The notes under the pieces: model-generated
The model's input: the letters and a program-made list of their open reading frames with translations, nothing else
What the model was told of the DNA's origin: nothing
The model's database searches: none
Assembly: GCA_002269645.1 (NCBI GenBank)
Contig: NIVC01000669.1
Location: 1 to 64,000, forward strand
Direction of reading: 5' to 3'
DNA from: Macrostomum lignano
Lineage: Eukaryota
DNA: 64,000 bases
Made by a program: the position numbers and the translations under genes
Part shown: in pieces, positions 45,780-58,502 of the stretch
How the letters are laid out: every line of letters starts with the position of its first letter
How positions within the stretch are numbered: position 1 is the first letter of the stretch

Positions 45780-46625
45780 TGTAATAACAGTGTTTGTTTT
45801 ACAGCATGTCTTACAGTTCTCCGTTGTCTGTGTTACAGTTATTCCAGTGTCTGTTTTACAGTGTCTGTATTACAGTGTCTGTGTTACAGTGTCTGTGTTA
45901 CAGTGTTTATGTTACAGTGTCTGTATTACAGTCTCTGTGTTACAGTGTCTGTGTTACAGTGTCTGTATTACAGTCTCTGTGTTACAGTGTCTATGTTACA
46001 GTGTCTATTTTACAGTGTCTATGTTACAGTGTCTGTGTTACAGTGTCTGTTACAGTGTCTATGTTACAGTGTCTATGTTACAGTGTCTATGTTACAGTGT
46101 CTATGTTACAGTGTCTATGTTACAGTGTCTGTGTTACAGTGTCTGTGTTACAGTGTCTGTGTTACAGTGTCTGTGTTACAGTGTCTGTGTTACAGTTTCT
46201 GTATTACAGTGTCTGTGTTACAGTATCTGTATTACAGTGTCTGTATTATAGTGTCTGTATTACAGTGTCTGTATTACAGTGTCTGTATTACAGTGTCTGT
46301 TACAGTGTCCATGTTACAGTTTCTGTTGTACAGTGTCGGTGTTACAGTGTCTGTATTATAGTGTTTGTATTTCAGTTTCTGTGTTACAGTGTCTGTGATA
46401 CAGTGTCTATGTTACAGTGTCTTTGTTACAGTGTCTGTGTTACAGTGTCCGTGTTACAGTGTCTGTGTTACAGTGTCCGTGTTACAGTGTCTGTGTTACA
46501 GAGTCTGTATTACAATGTCTGTGTTACAGTGTCTGTGTTACAGTGTCTGTATTACAATGTCTGTGTTACAGTGTCTGTATTACAGTGTCTGTGTTACAGT
46601 GTTTGTGTTACAGAGTCTGTATTAC
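45780..46625. repeat. 14-bp TG-rich minisatellite (GTCTGTGTTACAGT)n, CELF intron 4
   Basis: About 60 units with variants. Confidence 0.93.
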
Positions 46626-47220
46626 AGTCCGTATTACCCAAGTGTAACTGCTCCCTGCCAGATAAATGCAGTGCCAGACACCCCTCCCGCATGCCCAGTT
46701 TCCGATCCAAAAAGAGAAAAATCAAAGAGACGAAGAGAAACAGACAGGAAGGAAGTTCGAGACCGCACCGAGCAATCAAGACCCAGTCATTGATGCATAA
46801 GTCTAGGCTGCATCTGAGAACGACTCGGGCTGCGGTCATCAATTAGCTCTTTGAGCAAACTCTAATTCGACAGGGCGTGGCACGGGAGGAAGGCTGCTCA
46901 TATTTACGGTGCCTGCTGAGTGTACACCGTCTCCAATTCCCTGCCCCCCTGATGACTATTGAGCACTATACTCTTAAAATGTTTCTCGTTTCTTTTCCTT
47001 TTTGCCTAGAGACTTCGGTCGATAAGGAGGGGAGGTAGGGAAACCCGAGAACCGGTTTCTGATGCTTCAAAATTATTCTTAAAAGACTGCCTCATCCCAC
47101 TGGCTCACAGTCGGTCTAACGCAGGTTCTGCACCTGCTTGCTAAGATTCTTAGTGCTCAGTTCTTCGTAGCAGCCACGCATTCTGATGTTTCGTGAATGC
47201 ACCCACTGGGATTCCAATGT

Positions 47221-48500
47221 AGATCCCATCTACCTGGATCCCGATCCCATCTACCTGGATCCCCATCTCATCTACCTGAATTTTGATCCCATCTTTCTAA
47301 ATCCCAATCTCATCTACCTGGATCCCGATCCCATCTACCTGGTACCCCATCTCATCTACCTGAATTTTGATCCCATCTTTCTAAATCCCAATCTCATCTA
47401 CCTGGATCCCGATCCCATCTACCTGGATCCCGATCCCATCTAGCTGGATCCCGATCCCATCTAGCTGGATCCCGATCCCATCTAGCTGGATCCCGATCCC
47501 ATCTTCCTAAATCCCAATCTCATCTACCTGGATCCCGATCCCATCTACCTCAATCCCGATCCCATCTACCTGAATCCCGATCCCATCTACCTGGATCCCG
47601 ATCCCATCTAGCTGGATCCCGATCCCATCTACCTGAATCCGGATTCCATCTACTTGAATCCCGATACCATCTACCTGGATCCCGATCCCATCTACCTAAA
47701 TCCCGATCCCAACGACTTGAATCCCGATCCCATCTAACTAGATCACGATCCCATCTACGTAGATCACGATCCTATCTACCTGGATCCTGAATCTCATTTA
47801 CTTGGATCCCGATCCCATCTACCTGGATCCGGAACCCCATCTACTTGGATCCCGATCGCATCTACCTAGATCCCGATCCCATCTACCTAGATCACGATCC
47901 CATCTACCTAGATCCCGATCCCATCTTCCTAAATCCCAATCTCATCTACCTGGATCCCGATCCCATCTACCTCAATCCCGATCCCATCTACCTGAATCCC
48001 GATCCCATCTACCTGGATCCCGATCCCATCTAGCTGGATCCCGATCCCATCTACCTAGATCCCGATCCCATCTACCAGGATCCCGATCCCATCTACCTAG
48101 ATCCCGATCCCATCTACCAGGATCCGGAATCCCATCTACTTGGATCCCGATCCCATCTACCTAGATTTCGATCCCATCTACTTGAATTCCGATCCCATTT
48201 ACTTGGATCCCATCTACCTAAATCCCGATCCTATCTACCTGAATCCCAATCTCATCTACCTAGATCCCGATCCCATCTACCTGAATTCCAATCTCATCTA
48301 CCTAGATCCCGATCCCATCTACCTGGATCCGAAATCCCATCTACTTGGATCCCGATTCCATCTATCTAGATCTCGATCCCATCTACCTAAATCCCGATCC
48401 TATCTACCTTTATCCCGAATCTCATCTACTTGGATCCCGATCCCATCTACCTAAATCTCGATCCCATCTACCTAGATCCCGAATCTCATTTAAATGGATC
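47221..48500. repeat. 21-bp minisatellite (GGATCCCGATCCCATCTACCT)n
   Basis: Degenerate tandem units with a CCCATCTACCT core. Confidence 0.9.
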
Positions 48501-48613
48501 CCAATTTCCCATAAAAGTCCTAGTAGTTCGATCCCCAACTAGCAAGCAAATTCGATAACCCAACTCAGCATAGCAACAGCACCCTAGCAACCGTTATCAT
48601 CCGCGAATTCCAG

Positions 48614-48766
48614 GGCGCCAGCAGCTCCATCGTGGTGAAATTCGCTGACAACGAGAAGGAGCGGCAGCTGCGCAAACTGCAGCAGATGGTCGGGCCGCTC
48701 GGCCTCGTCAACCCCGGAGTGGCCTCGCCCGGCCAGGTGAATGCATTCGCTGGGCCGTTCGCTCAG
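48614..48766 (+). CDS. CELF4-like: CELF exon 5 (RRM2 end and linker start); alternative in-frame donor after 48736
   Basis: TTCCAG|[25 protein letters not shown]...FAGPFAQ|GTACCG. Confidence 0.9.
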
Positions 48767-48909
48767 GTACCGGATTCCCGCCTTCGCAATTCGCAGATTT
48801 CCCGTTGTGCCGTGCCGTCAATCATTGGATGCGTTTGAGGGCGGTGGCTGAGCTGAGCGGTGTCTTGGGTAGCACGGCAGCTGGCTGTCGGCAATTTCAC
48901 TGCCGACGA

Positions 48910-49460
48910 TTTAGGTTTGGGCTAGGGTTTAGGTTACTGTTTAGGTTACTGTTTAGGATACGGTTTAGGTTACTGTTTAGGTTACTGTTTAGGTTACGGT
49001 TTAGACTACTGTTTAGGTTACAGTTTAGATTACTGTTTAGGTTACGGTTTAGGTTACTGTTTAGGTTAGGGTTTAGGTTACTTTTTAGGATATGGTTTAG
49101 GTTACTGTTTAGGATACGGTTTTGGTTACGGTTTAGGATACGGTTTAGGTTACTGTTTAGGTTACTGTTTAGGATACGGTTTAGATTACTGCCTAGGTTA
49201 CTGTTTAGGATACGGTTTAGATTACTGTTTAGGTTACGGTTTAGGTTACTGTTTAGGTTAGGGTTTAGGTTACTTTTTAGGATACGGTTTAGATCACTGT
49301 TTAGGTTACGGTTTAGGTTACTGTTTAGGATACGGTTTAGGTTACTGTTTAGGTTACGATTTAGGTTACGGTTTGGTCATGGTTTAGGTTATGGTTTAGG
49401 TTACGGTTTAGGCTACGTTTTAGGGTTTAAGTTTAGGGTTTCGGTTTGGTTTAGGTTACA
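48910..49460. repeat. 12-bp telomere-like repeat (GTTTAGGTTACT)n
   Basis: TTTAGG cores alternate with TTACTG/ATACGG; scattered TTAGGG. Confidence 0.85.
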
Positions 49461-50374
49461 GTTAGATTTAGGATTGGCAGTCAATTGTCGCAGACTCTTG
49501 TTCTTGCTGTGTCAGGCATCCCACTGCTGAGGCTTTGCACCGAAAGTGAGGTCAGAGAGTACATGTACCCACGAGAAAATCATAACAGTATGGAGGAGCT
49601 CGGGGAGAAGTTAGCACTCCGGATTCTTATTCAAGATCTCCTTGGCAGAGTGGTTCATTGGTTTCAGGTTCGATTTCAACATTGCTCTCGTTTTGGGACG
49701 ACGGTTAAATGTCAAGGAAATATGAATCATACAGTAGATTCCAAATTAAATAATTAGCACACGGGGGCTCGGCGGCCATGCTTGCAAATTCTCCTCAGCT
49801 TCTCTTCAATGCTTGAAAGTTCATTTAAAATCCAAAAATAAAAAAATTACTGAAACAAATTTTTCAGAAATGAAATCAATGGAGCTCGCGTACCTTGCCC
49901 CCCTGCCCGAGCCAACTCCCAGACAGCCCCTGCTGTTCCCATTGCCCCAAATTCTGGAAATCCCCTCAGTGCCCCCTCCCCCCCTCTCTCTCTCTCTGGC
50001 TTTCGTGTCTGGCAAAAATTTGTCTGAGCAGTTCATGCCATTCGAGTTCGATCGATTTGTGCAGTCAGCAGCGGCAGGTATTAAGGTAAAGTTGGTCGTA
50101 ATTGAGAGCCGGAGCAGTTGGAAAATCAGTTAGCAAAAGCAGACTCAGAAATGAGCGCCGCCGAGACTCAGACTACCGCGCTGAATTTGCCGCTCGATGA
50201 GTCGCGCCGTCAGCATTCAGAGCAGGACAAAGACTTGGCGCGGGTCATAGAAGCTTCGCCAGTTGGTGACGTCATCGGCCCCGCCAGTCAAAAGGGCACC
50301 AGTCGCGGCTCGTTTGGCTACATCTTCCTGCCGGCTCCGGGAATGGTGGGGCTGGGGCAGCCTGGCTTCCGACC

Positions 50375-51800
50375 TGCATCTACCTGCATCCCCATCTACC
50401 TGCATCCCCATCTACCTGCATCCCCATCTACCTGCATCCCCATCTACCTGCATCCCATCTACCTGCATCCCCACATCTACCTGCATCCCCATCTACCTGC
50501 ATCCCCATCTACCTGCATCCCCATCTACCTGCATCCCCATCTACCTGCATCCCCATCTACCTGCATCCCCATCTACCTGCATCCCCATCTACCTGCATCC
50601 CCATCTACCTGCATCCCCATCTACCTGCATCCCCATCTACCTGCATCCCCATCTACCTGCATCCCCATCTACCTGCATCCCCATCTACCTGCATCCCCAT
50701 CTACCTGCATCCCCATCTACCTGCATCCCCATCTACCTGCATCCCCATCTACCTGCATCCCCATCTACCTGCATCCCCATCTACCTGCATCCCCATCTAC
50801 CTGCATCCCCATCTACCTGCATCCCCATCTACCTGCATCCCCATCTACCTGCATCCCCATCTACCTGCATCCCCATCTACCTGCATCCCCATCTACCTGC
50901 ATCCCCATCTACCTGCATCCCCATCTACCTGCATCCCCATCTACCTGCATCCCCATCTACCTGCATCCCCATCTACCTGCATCCCCATCTACCTGCATCC
51001 CCATCTACCTGCATCCCCATCTACCTGCATCCCCATCTACCTGCATCCCCATCTACCTGCATCCCCATCTACCTGCATCCCCATCTACCTGCATCCCCAT
51101 CTACCTGCATCCCCATCTACCTGCATCCCCATCTACCTGCATCCCCATCTACCTGCATCCCCATCTACCTGCATCCCCATCTACCTGCATCCCCATCTAC
51201 CTGCATCCCCATCTACCTGCATCCCCATCTACCTATATCCCGATCCCATCTACCTATATCCCGATCCCATTTACCTAGATCCCGATCCCATCTACTTAGC
51301 TCCCGAATCCCATCTACCTATATCCCGATCCCATCTACCTATATCCCGATCCCATCTACCTAGATCCCGATCCCATCTACCTAGATCCCGAACCCATCTA
51401 CGTGGATCCCGATCCCATCTACGTGGATCCCGATCCCATCTACGTGGATCCCGATCCCATCTACGTTGATCCCAATCCCATCTACCTAGCTCCCTAATCC
51501 CATCTACCTAGCTCCCTAATCCCATCTACCTAGCTCCCTAATCCCATCTACCTAGCTCCCTAATCCCATCTACCTAGCTCCCTAATCCCATCTACCTAGC
51601 TCCCTAATCCCATCTACCTAGCTCCCTACACCCATCTACCTAGCTCCCTAATCCCATCTACCTAGCTCCCTACACCCATCTACCTAGCTCCCTAATCCCA
51701 TCTACCTAGCTCCCTAATCCCATCTACCTAGCTCCCTAATCCCATCTACCTAGCTCCCTAATCCCATCTACTAGCTCCCTAATCCCATCTACCTGGATCC
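50375..51800. repeat. 16-bp (CATCCCCATCTACCTG)n array (~50375-51235) followed by 21-22 bp variants sharing the CCCATCTACCT core
   Basis: Near-perfect 16-mer array, then GATCCC- and AGCTCCCTAAT-type units. Confidence 0.93.
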
Positions 51801-51975
51801 CGATCCAATTTGCTCAAATGAATCCCTATGATTTTTTCTGGAATCCAGATCCCAATCCCAAGTACAAAATACAATCCCATTTCAATCGGGATTCAAGCCG
51901 CTTCACTTCAGCTTTCTCAGCTTAGAAAAGGGGCAGCCCCGAGATTATGTTTTATTTTTTTGCCGCACTGGCCAG

Positions 51976-52438
51976 AGCCGCACGCAGCAGGCACAGTCCA
52001 GCATCCCGGACACCGCATTGCAGAGTCTCGCCCAGACTGCCGGTTACGTGAACCCTGTGGCTGCTCTGGCCCTACAGCTTCAGGGAGGCGCGCCAACTAC
52101 GCAGCAGCAGCCGCAGCCGCAGCCTCCGCAGCCGCAGTCAAGTCTCAGTGGTCTGGCAGCCGCTGCCGCAGCAGCCGCATCCGCCACCTCGACCGGAGGT
52201 GCTCAGCTAACAGCGGCGATGCTCAGCTCCACAGCTGGCGTAGGCGGCGGCGGCGGCGGCGGCGGTGGCGGCCTTTCGCTGTCGACAGGCACCGGCGCCA
52301 GCGGCGGCCTCGGCGGCGCCATGAACGGCGCTAGCGGCGGAGGCGGTCACTCGGTGGCTGCCGCGGCTGCTGCGGCCGAGGCTGCTGCCCTGTACGCGGC
52401 CAGCGGCATCCCGAATCCGTATTTGAATGGGGCAGGCG
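51976..52438 (+). CDS. CELF4-like: CELF exon 6 (Ala/Gly/Gln-rich divergent domain); acceptor could instead be 51988 or 51991
   Basis: Polypyrimidine tract then GCCAG, phase 0. AGYVNPVAALA resembles the CELF4 linker. Donor G|GTGAGA, phase 1. Confidence 0.75.
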
Positions 52439-52533
52439 GTGAGAATGCAATTAGTGTCTGCTTCACACTCCATGATTATTAAAGCAAGTTTGAGCTCTCT
52501 AGTAACGTTTGTTGTTAACGCTTGCGGTTTCAG

Positions 52534-52584
52534 CGGATCCCCTGCAGCAGATGTACTCGTCTATGAATGCGTACAGCGGCATCG
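52534..52584 (+). CDS. CELF4-like: CELF exon 7
   Basis: TTTCAG|(A)DPLQQMYSSMNAYSGI|GTGAGA; matches the conserved ADPLQQ.Y motif. Confidence 0.9.
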
Positions 52585-52736
52585 GTGAGATGGCAGTTGT
52601 GCTTTTGCTTGTTTTACTGACTGGAAAAATATTTCACCTAGTAAGCATGAACTGGATAGACTACTGAATTGAAGTAAGTAGAGGTGCACTGTAATAACGG
52701 GGATGCATCAGTTTAGGGAACATCTCGGGAGATCGA

Positions 52737-53250
52737 GAGTAAGGGGGCACTGTGGAGTAAGGGGACACTGTGGAGTAAGGGGACACTGTGGAGTAAGGGG
52801 GCATTGTGGAGTAAGGGGGCACTGTGGAGTAAGGGGCACTGTGGAGTAAGGGGGCATTGTGGAGTAAGGGGCACTGTGGAGTAAGGGGACACTGTGGAGT
52901 AAGGGGGCATTGTGGAGTAAGGGGGCACTGTGGAGTAAGGGGGCACTGTGGAGTAAGGGGGCACTGTGGAGTAAGGGGACACTGTGGAGTAAGGGGGCAT
53001 TGTGGAGTAAGGGGGCACTGTGGAGTAAGGGGGCACTGTGGAGTAAGGGGGCACTGTGGAGTAAGGGGGCACTGTGGAAGTAAGGGGGCACTGTAGAGTA
53101 AGGAGACATTGTGGAGTAAAGGGGCACTGTGGAGTAAGGGGGCACTGTGGAGTAAGGGGGCACTGTGGAGTAAGGGGGCACTGTGGAAGTAAGGGGGCAT
53201 TGTAGAGTAAGGGGGCATTGTGGAGTAGGGGCACTGTGGAGTAAGGGGGA
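52737..53250. repeat. 18-bp minisatellite (CACTGTGGAGTAAGGGGG)n
   Basis: About 28 units. Confidence 0.93.
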
Positions 53251-53389
53251 ACTGCTGACTCTTCATTCGTGATTCGAGATCATTCACGGCCTAATGTACC
53301 TTCAAGAATGTCAGCAGAACAAAGATGTCAATAGTTTATGTATGTAAAAGACACGCTGCTCAACCGCCCATCCCCTCCGCCCGCCGCAG

Positions 53390-53778
53390 CCGCCCCCTAT
53401 CCGACCCCGGCCGCCGCGGCCTACAACCCGTTCATGTCGCTGGCCCAGCAGGCCATCACGATGCCGGTGCAGCACAAGGACGGCTCTAAGGAGTTCATCC
53501 TGACCGGGCCCGACGGCTGCAACCTGTTCATCTACCACCTGCCGCAGGAGTTCGGCGACACGGAACTGGCCCAGATGTTCGCCCCGTTCGGCACGGTGAT
53601 CTCGGCCAAGGTGTACGTGGACCGGGCCACCAACCAGAGCAAGTGCTTCGGCTTCGTCAGCTTCGACAACTCGGCCTCGGCTGCCGCGGCCATCCAGGCG
53701 ATGAACGGCTTCCAGATTGGCACCAAGCGGCTCAAGGTGCAGCTCAAGCGGCCCAAGGGCGAGGCCCGGCCCTACTAA
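53390..53778 (+). CDS. CELF4-like: CELF exon 8 (RRM3 to stop)
   Basis: CCGCAG acceptor, phase 1. [55 protein letters not shown]...[11 protein letters not shown]...RPY*. Confidence 0.95.
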
Positions 53779-55256
53779 GCTGGGATCAGCTTCCCGGCGA
53801 GGCGGTGAGTTACGCATTCTACTGAGCAGTAGGAGATCATGGCAACTCTTCGTTGCACTGCTAAAGTATTCGTCAATAGCCATCGCTAATGAGTATTATG
53901 CTGTGAAGCTCTTAAATTGCATTCGGGCCCACTTCAGCAAACTAATCAGACCTGACAGACGGGGATGCCAGCTTATGCTCAGGAATACGACCCGAACTTT
54001 CAAGTCCAGTCTAGCATTCAATGATTATGCTCTTCGACTGTTGTTAGGTTTATTCGTTAGTGTTGCAGCCACATCATGGTGTTTGTTGCGAACTTTTTCC
54101 CTTAATTAAACACGCAACTGTCGCTGAGTCAGTGGCCACGACCCCTGGTTCGACTCCATTCCACAGTAATTTGGGGCTTGTGCGCGAAAATTGGCCAGGG
54201 AGTTGCGATTCACAGCTAGCTAGCTCTGAGGACCAACCCCCAAGGTACAGAGAGTGTACATGCCTGACCATTAGGAAGTCAGGGTCGTTGTACACCCTGT
54301 GTGAGCGTGTATGAGTGCGCGCCTGCGTACAGAATTGGCGCGCTTGTGTTGTGCTCATGAGTCAGCGGAAAGCTCCAAATGCGTTGCGCTAGAACGCCTA
54401 AAGAGCTCTTGCAAATGTCTATTTTATGTACTCGTAACAGAGGTGAACTTTGGGCTGCATTCCGGAGTGTAACCTGGCATTCCTTTCGGCAAATATTAAT
54501 TTTTTTCTAAATTGTTTTTTACGCACAGAGCCTTGCTAGCGTTTGAATATTTTACCTCGAATAGTGACAATTTGCTTTGATCAAATTAACTCGCCATATT
54601 TGAAATGCAGCTGTACAATGTTTCAAACAATGTAATCAATTTTGTTTTCGTCCCACGCAAGCATTTTTAAAATAAGCCGAACTCTTTTGTAAACTCGCAA
54701 GAATATATCAAGCCATTTTGATCCACTGCGCAGTCATAAGACAGTGGATCGTGGAGACCAAGGCATATCTTTTACTCGGATTTTTACACACTTTTACCTG
54801 CCCTTTTCTTGTGTTTTCATATCAGATCTGATCTGCGATAATGGAGTCCGTTTTTATTTATCACAATTTCAACAAATTATTTAGGAAATTATTTAGCATC
54901 AAGCGTGTACAAAGCACTCACTTTGGCTTACACAGATGAAAAATTAAGCGCAGTAAAAGTCAGGTAATGATCCGTAGGCACACCGATTAGTTACCTTAAT
55001 TTACAGAAATATCGCAATAAACTACTTTCAGATCAGTAGAATATATTAAAATCAAGGCAAATAATTATTATATTTAAATACAATACTCCATTTATTGACT
55101 CTCTTACCCCTCTCCCAAGCTTACCCCTCCAACTTGTGTCTTTCCGCACAAAATCTCTACCCCACCCCCTTCTGACCGATTTTTATTGCCCTGTCGCGGA
55201 GTTCCGCCTAAAGCTGGCATGTACATGAAATAGATTCGTTTATTGAAGTCTTAGCC

Positions 55257-55302
55257 CATAGATAAAGTATACATACATGTATACATGTATACTTTATCTA
55301 TG
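55257..55302. mobile_element. 46-bp hairpin MITE with 18-bp TIRs and 8-bp TSD (hAT-like)
   Basis: CATAGATAAAGTATACAT...ATGTATACTTTATCTATG flanked by TCTTAGCC at 55249-55256 and 55303-55310. Confidence 0.75.
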
Positions 55303-58300
55303 TCTTAGCCTCCCCCAAGGTTAACCCCTCCGACCGCATCTTTCCGCAACAAAATCTCTCCCCTCGCCCCCCCCTCTGACCAATCTTTAAATGTACATTC
55401 TCAGTGGCTAATGTACATTACGTCTTCAAGTCAATTTAAATAAAAAAATAGCTGACGCATTTCTTCCTTGCTACTGAACTGAAAGTAGACAGACAAACTG
55501 TTTTATCAAGCTAATACAACCTAAGTGGCCTATATGCAGTTATTATAGTATTTTATCTGTGGTTATCTTGGACTGATTGTACATTATTTATTGAACAGTG
55601 GCCCAGTTTTTTTCTCTATCCCTCATTACATACATTTGGTTGGATTGGAGAGGCTGCTTGCTCCCAAGTTAACGAATGATTGGATTGTACACTTCTCGAT
55701 CAGTGTACATATCAACAAAATCCTCTTTCATTAAATTATTTAGAACATGCCTACTACTAAACAGTTTGTTAATCAGATGAGACATTTGCTATGACTCACA
55801 ACTGCTTTGAGTTCAGAGTTGGCTTGCTTTGGCAAACGCCGTGTATTATATTTAGTTAATTCTGCCAATTGCTCGCCCCAGCTATCAAATTAGTTACCTG
55901 GAAATATTATTTTCTAGCTTATCTCTATATGATACAGCGAATATCTTTCTCGCCCTACCTTTACCCGCGCATCGGTGGAATGAATCGCACAAATCAATAA
56001 GCCAAGAAAATTGAATGAGCTGTATATTTCCTATAGGTAACTACCATTATGCTTATTTTTGTACGATTAATTAGCCATTATGTTTCCTTAATGTCGTATT
56101 TTTGTGAATTGAACATGTATCTAAATATTTTGTTCACGTCTCTTCTGTTTTTCATATTATTGTAGAATATTACACGTACATTTAGAATATTTTTGCGTAC
56201 AATTTCTTCCCATTATCCAATTCCCAACTTCAACTGCCTAATCCCTATGCTAGGGCAGGGATCAGGGGGAGAAACTAAGCAACAAAACGAAACAGCGTCG
56301 ATTATAAAGAAATAGAGAATAGCGGAGAGACGTAAAACTGACGCAAATTTTCCTCACATGAAAATCAAAGCATAGGGCTGAACTTAATTACAGCAGGCTT
56401 TGCAAAAAATTGCTAAAAGTTTTATGAATATAGCTGCTCTTGGAAATAAAGCCACAGAAACTATAGAATATCGATTAAATGGAGCTCACTGTACAAAAAG
56501 CAACTTTCTTGCCCCTAAAAGGTAACTTTTATTGTTCCTAAAAGCAACAAATCCTACAGAGGGCGTGTCCTGAAAGTTCAATTGGCAAGGGGTTGACATA
56601 ATCAAAACATCCAGGGACTATTTAAATTCTGTACAGGATGGCGAAAAAACAAGCTTTCTATGTAGATTCAATAATAAATTCTAGGGAGCACTAGAAAAAA
56701 CCAGTCTCCAATAATTTTCTGCATTATTTTGGCCAGTATCCCGTCCTAGTTCAAGTAGTCCCTGAGAACACCATTTTTATCGGATGTGTACACTGTAGCT
56801 ACAGTGTACATAGGGAATTTCAATCAAACTCGTGCGAGGTCATGTACATGTACGAGTACCATATTCAGTGTACAACATTGTCGTGTAAACATATTGCAAG
56901 CATGGCATCAGTTTTAATTAACTATTGTCCAATTTTACTTTTCCTATATATAGACGTAAATAAAGTGCTGTTGTGCCGCTCATCATAGGCTTTACTTTTG
57001 TGTGGGTGTCGTAAATCTCAACGGCAGCACATATTCTGTGCCTATACTGTCGTTATCAAGTCGTTAAAAATAAATCCGGACAGAAATTTAAACCGAGGGA
57101 AATATAGATCGTGTCAGGCTTTTCTCATTGTTTCGGTTTGAGTTTTTCTCGTACACAACCGAAGAGTGGTTAAATTTTAGCGGCACGCATTTTCTGTATA
57201 ATCGAAATGCTAGGTTTCATGCATTACTCTGACATTGTGATCGTTTCATAATTTCTATAATATTTCCCGTTGTTCTTATAAATGCACTGCTCAAAATTCG
57301 CCACTGCAATTGATGAAGTTCAATCTAAGCTAACTGATTTCCCACCAAAAAATTTTAATCTTGCAGAAAATTATTGGGCGGCCCTCATCTGCTCCAAGAC
57401 TGACCGTCGAGTCTCGGCCGTATCAACGATTTGAGTGTCTCGGTTCCATATAATAGCTTATAGTTTCCTGCAACCCATTTCAGCTTTTGGTGGTGTTTTT
57501 GCAGCTTTGTTTGTTACTAATTTATAAAAGCGCGCACTCACTTAGGCCTGAAATTTTGTCTCCTAAAGAAGCAGCTCATTTTCTAGTCAAGTCGTACCAT
57601 TTATCAAATCTTTAATTCCACTTTTATCCCGGACTGCCATACCGCTACTTACTGCTTTTTAATAATATTTTGCTAATTATAGCCGGAACATTCTTAGTTC
57701 TTAAAATATTATTATTTACTATGCTTCTTATTTGCTTATTTCCCGCTGACTGTATTTTTAAGCACAACTATATATCTTACTTACACCTGCGACAGCAAGA
57801 CTGAGTGAGGGACGAATTGAATTTACGAGCGTAGCTAAAACCACGGAATATAAGAAGGGCACATCCAATATATCCGAACTGCTGTACATATAAGCAACAT
57901 TTGCTGGTGAGAATGCTTGCAGATAGTTTATAGTTTGATTCATTCCTTTACTGATTTTTCGCGAGACATTAATGCTTGCCGAACTTTCCTGCTTTGTTAT
58001 AGTTACACGTAATTACACGTGACCTGTTTTTTGTTTTGCGCACTTATCTCTTAATTTTTTTAGTTCCTCCGCTGTGCAAGGTCTTTTCCCTCGCTCCTAC
58101 TCATTTTTTAGCTTTGAAGATGTTTTAAATTGAAGCTAAAATCTTCATAAAGACGCAATCAGACGCATTCAGTGCACGGTAAACTGAATGGTACGCAATC
58201 ACTATATTTAATAATCCGAGCAGTCTTATCCCAAATATAATTAAAGTATGACATTTTGCCTGCGAAATAACCGAATCACCTACAAATACCGACACGTCCC

Positions 58301-58502
58301 AATGGCTTCATATGAATGCAGCTTAACAATTAATTCCCAGACTGAGTTAAAGCTGCATCGTATTGACCGTTTCCTTCCCATTGCGGCTATTCTAATTTCG
58401 TATTCAACTTTAACAATACGCCGTTTGCATCCAAGTTTTCGTAGCTTAGTCTGGCTCGAAACAAATACAAATTATGGTGTTCTCTTTTATAAATTCTTTG
58501 CG

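Noticed and set aside
54122-54157. Pol III B-box GGTTCGACTCC with an A-box-like motif (tRNA or SINE?)
   Set aside because: A-B spacing is only ~11 nt, no cloverleaf, and no tail or TSD found.
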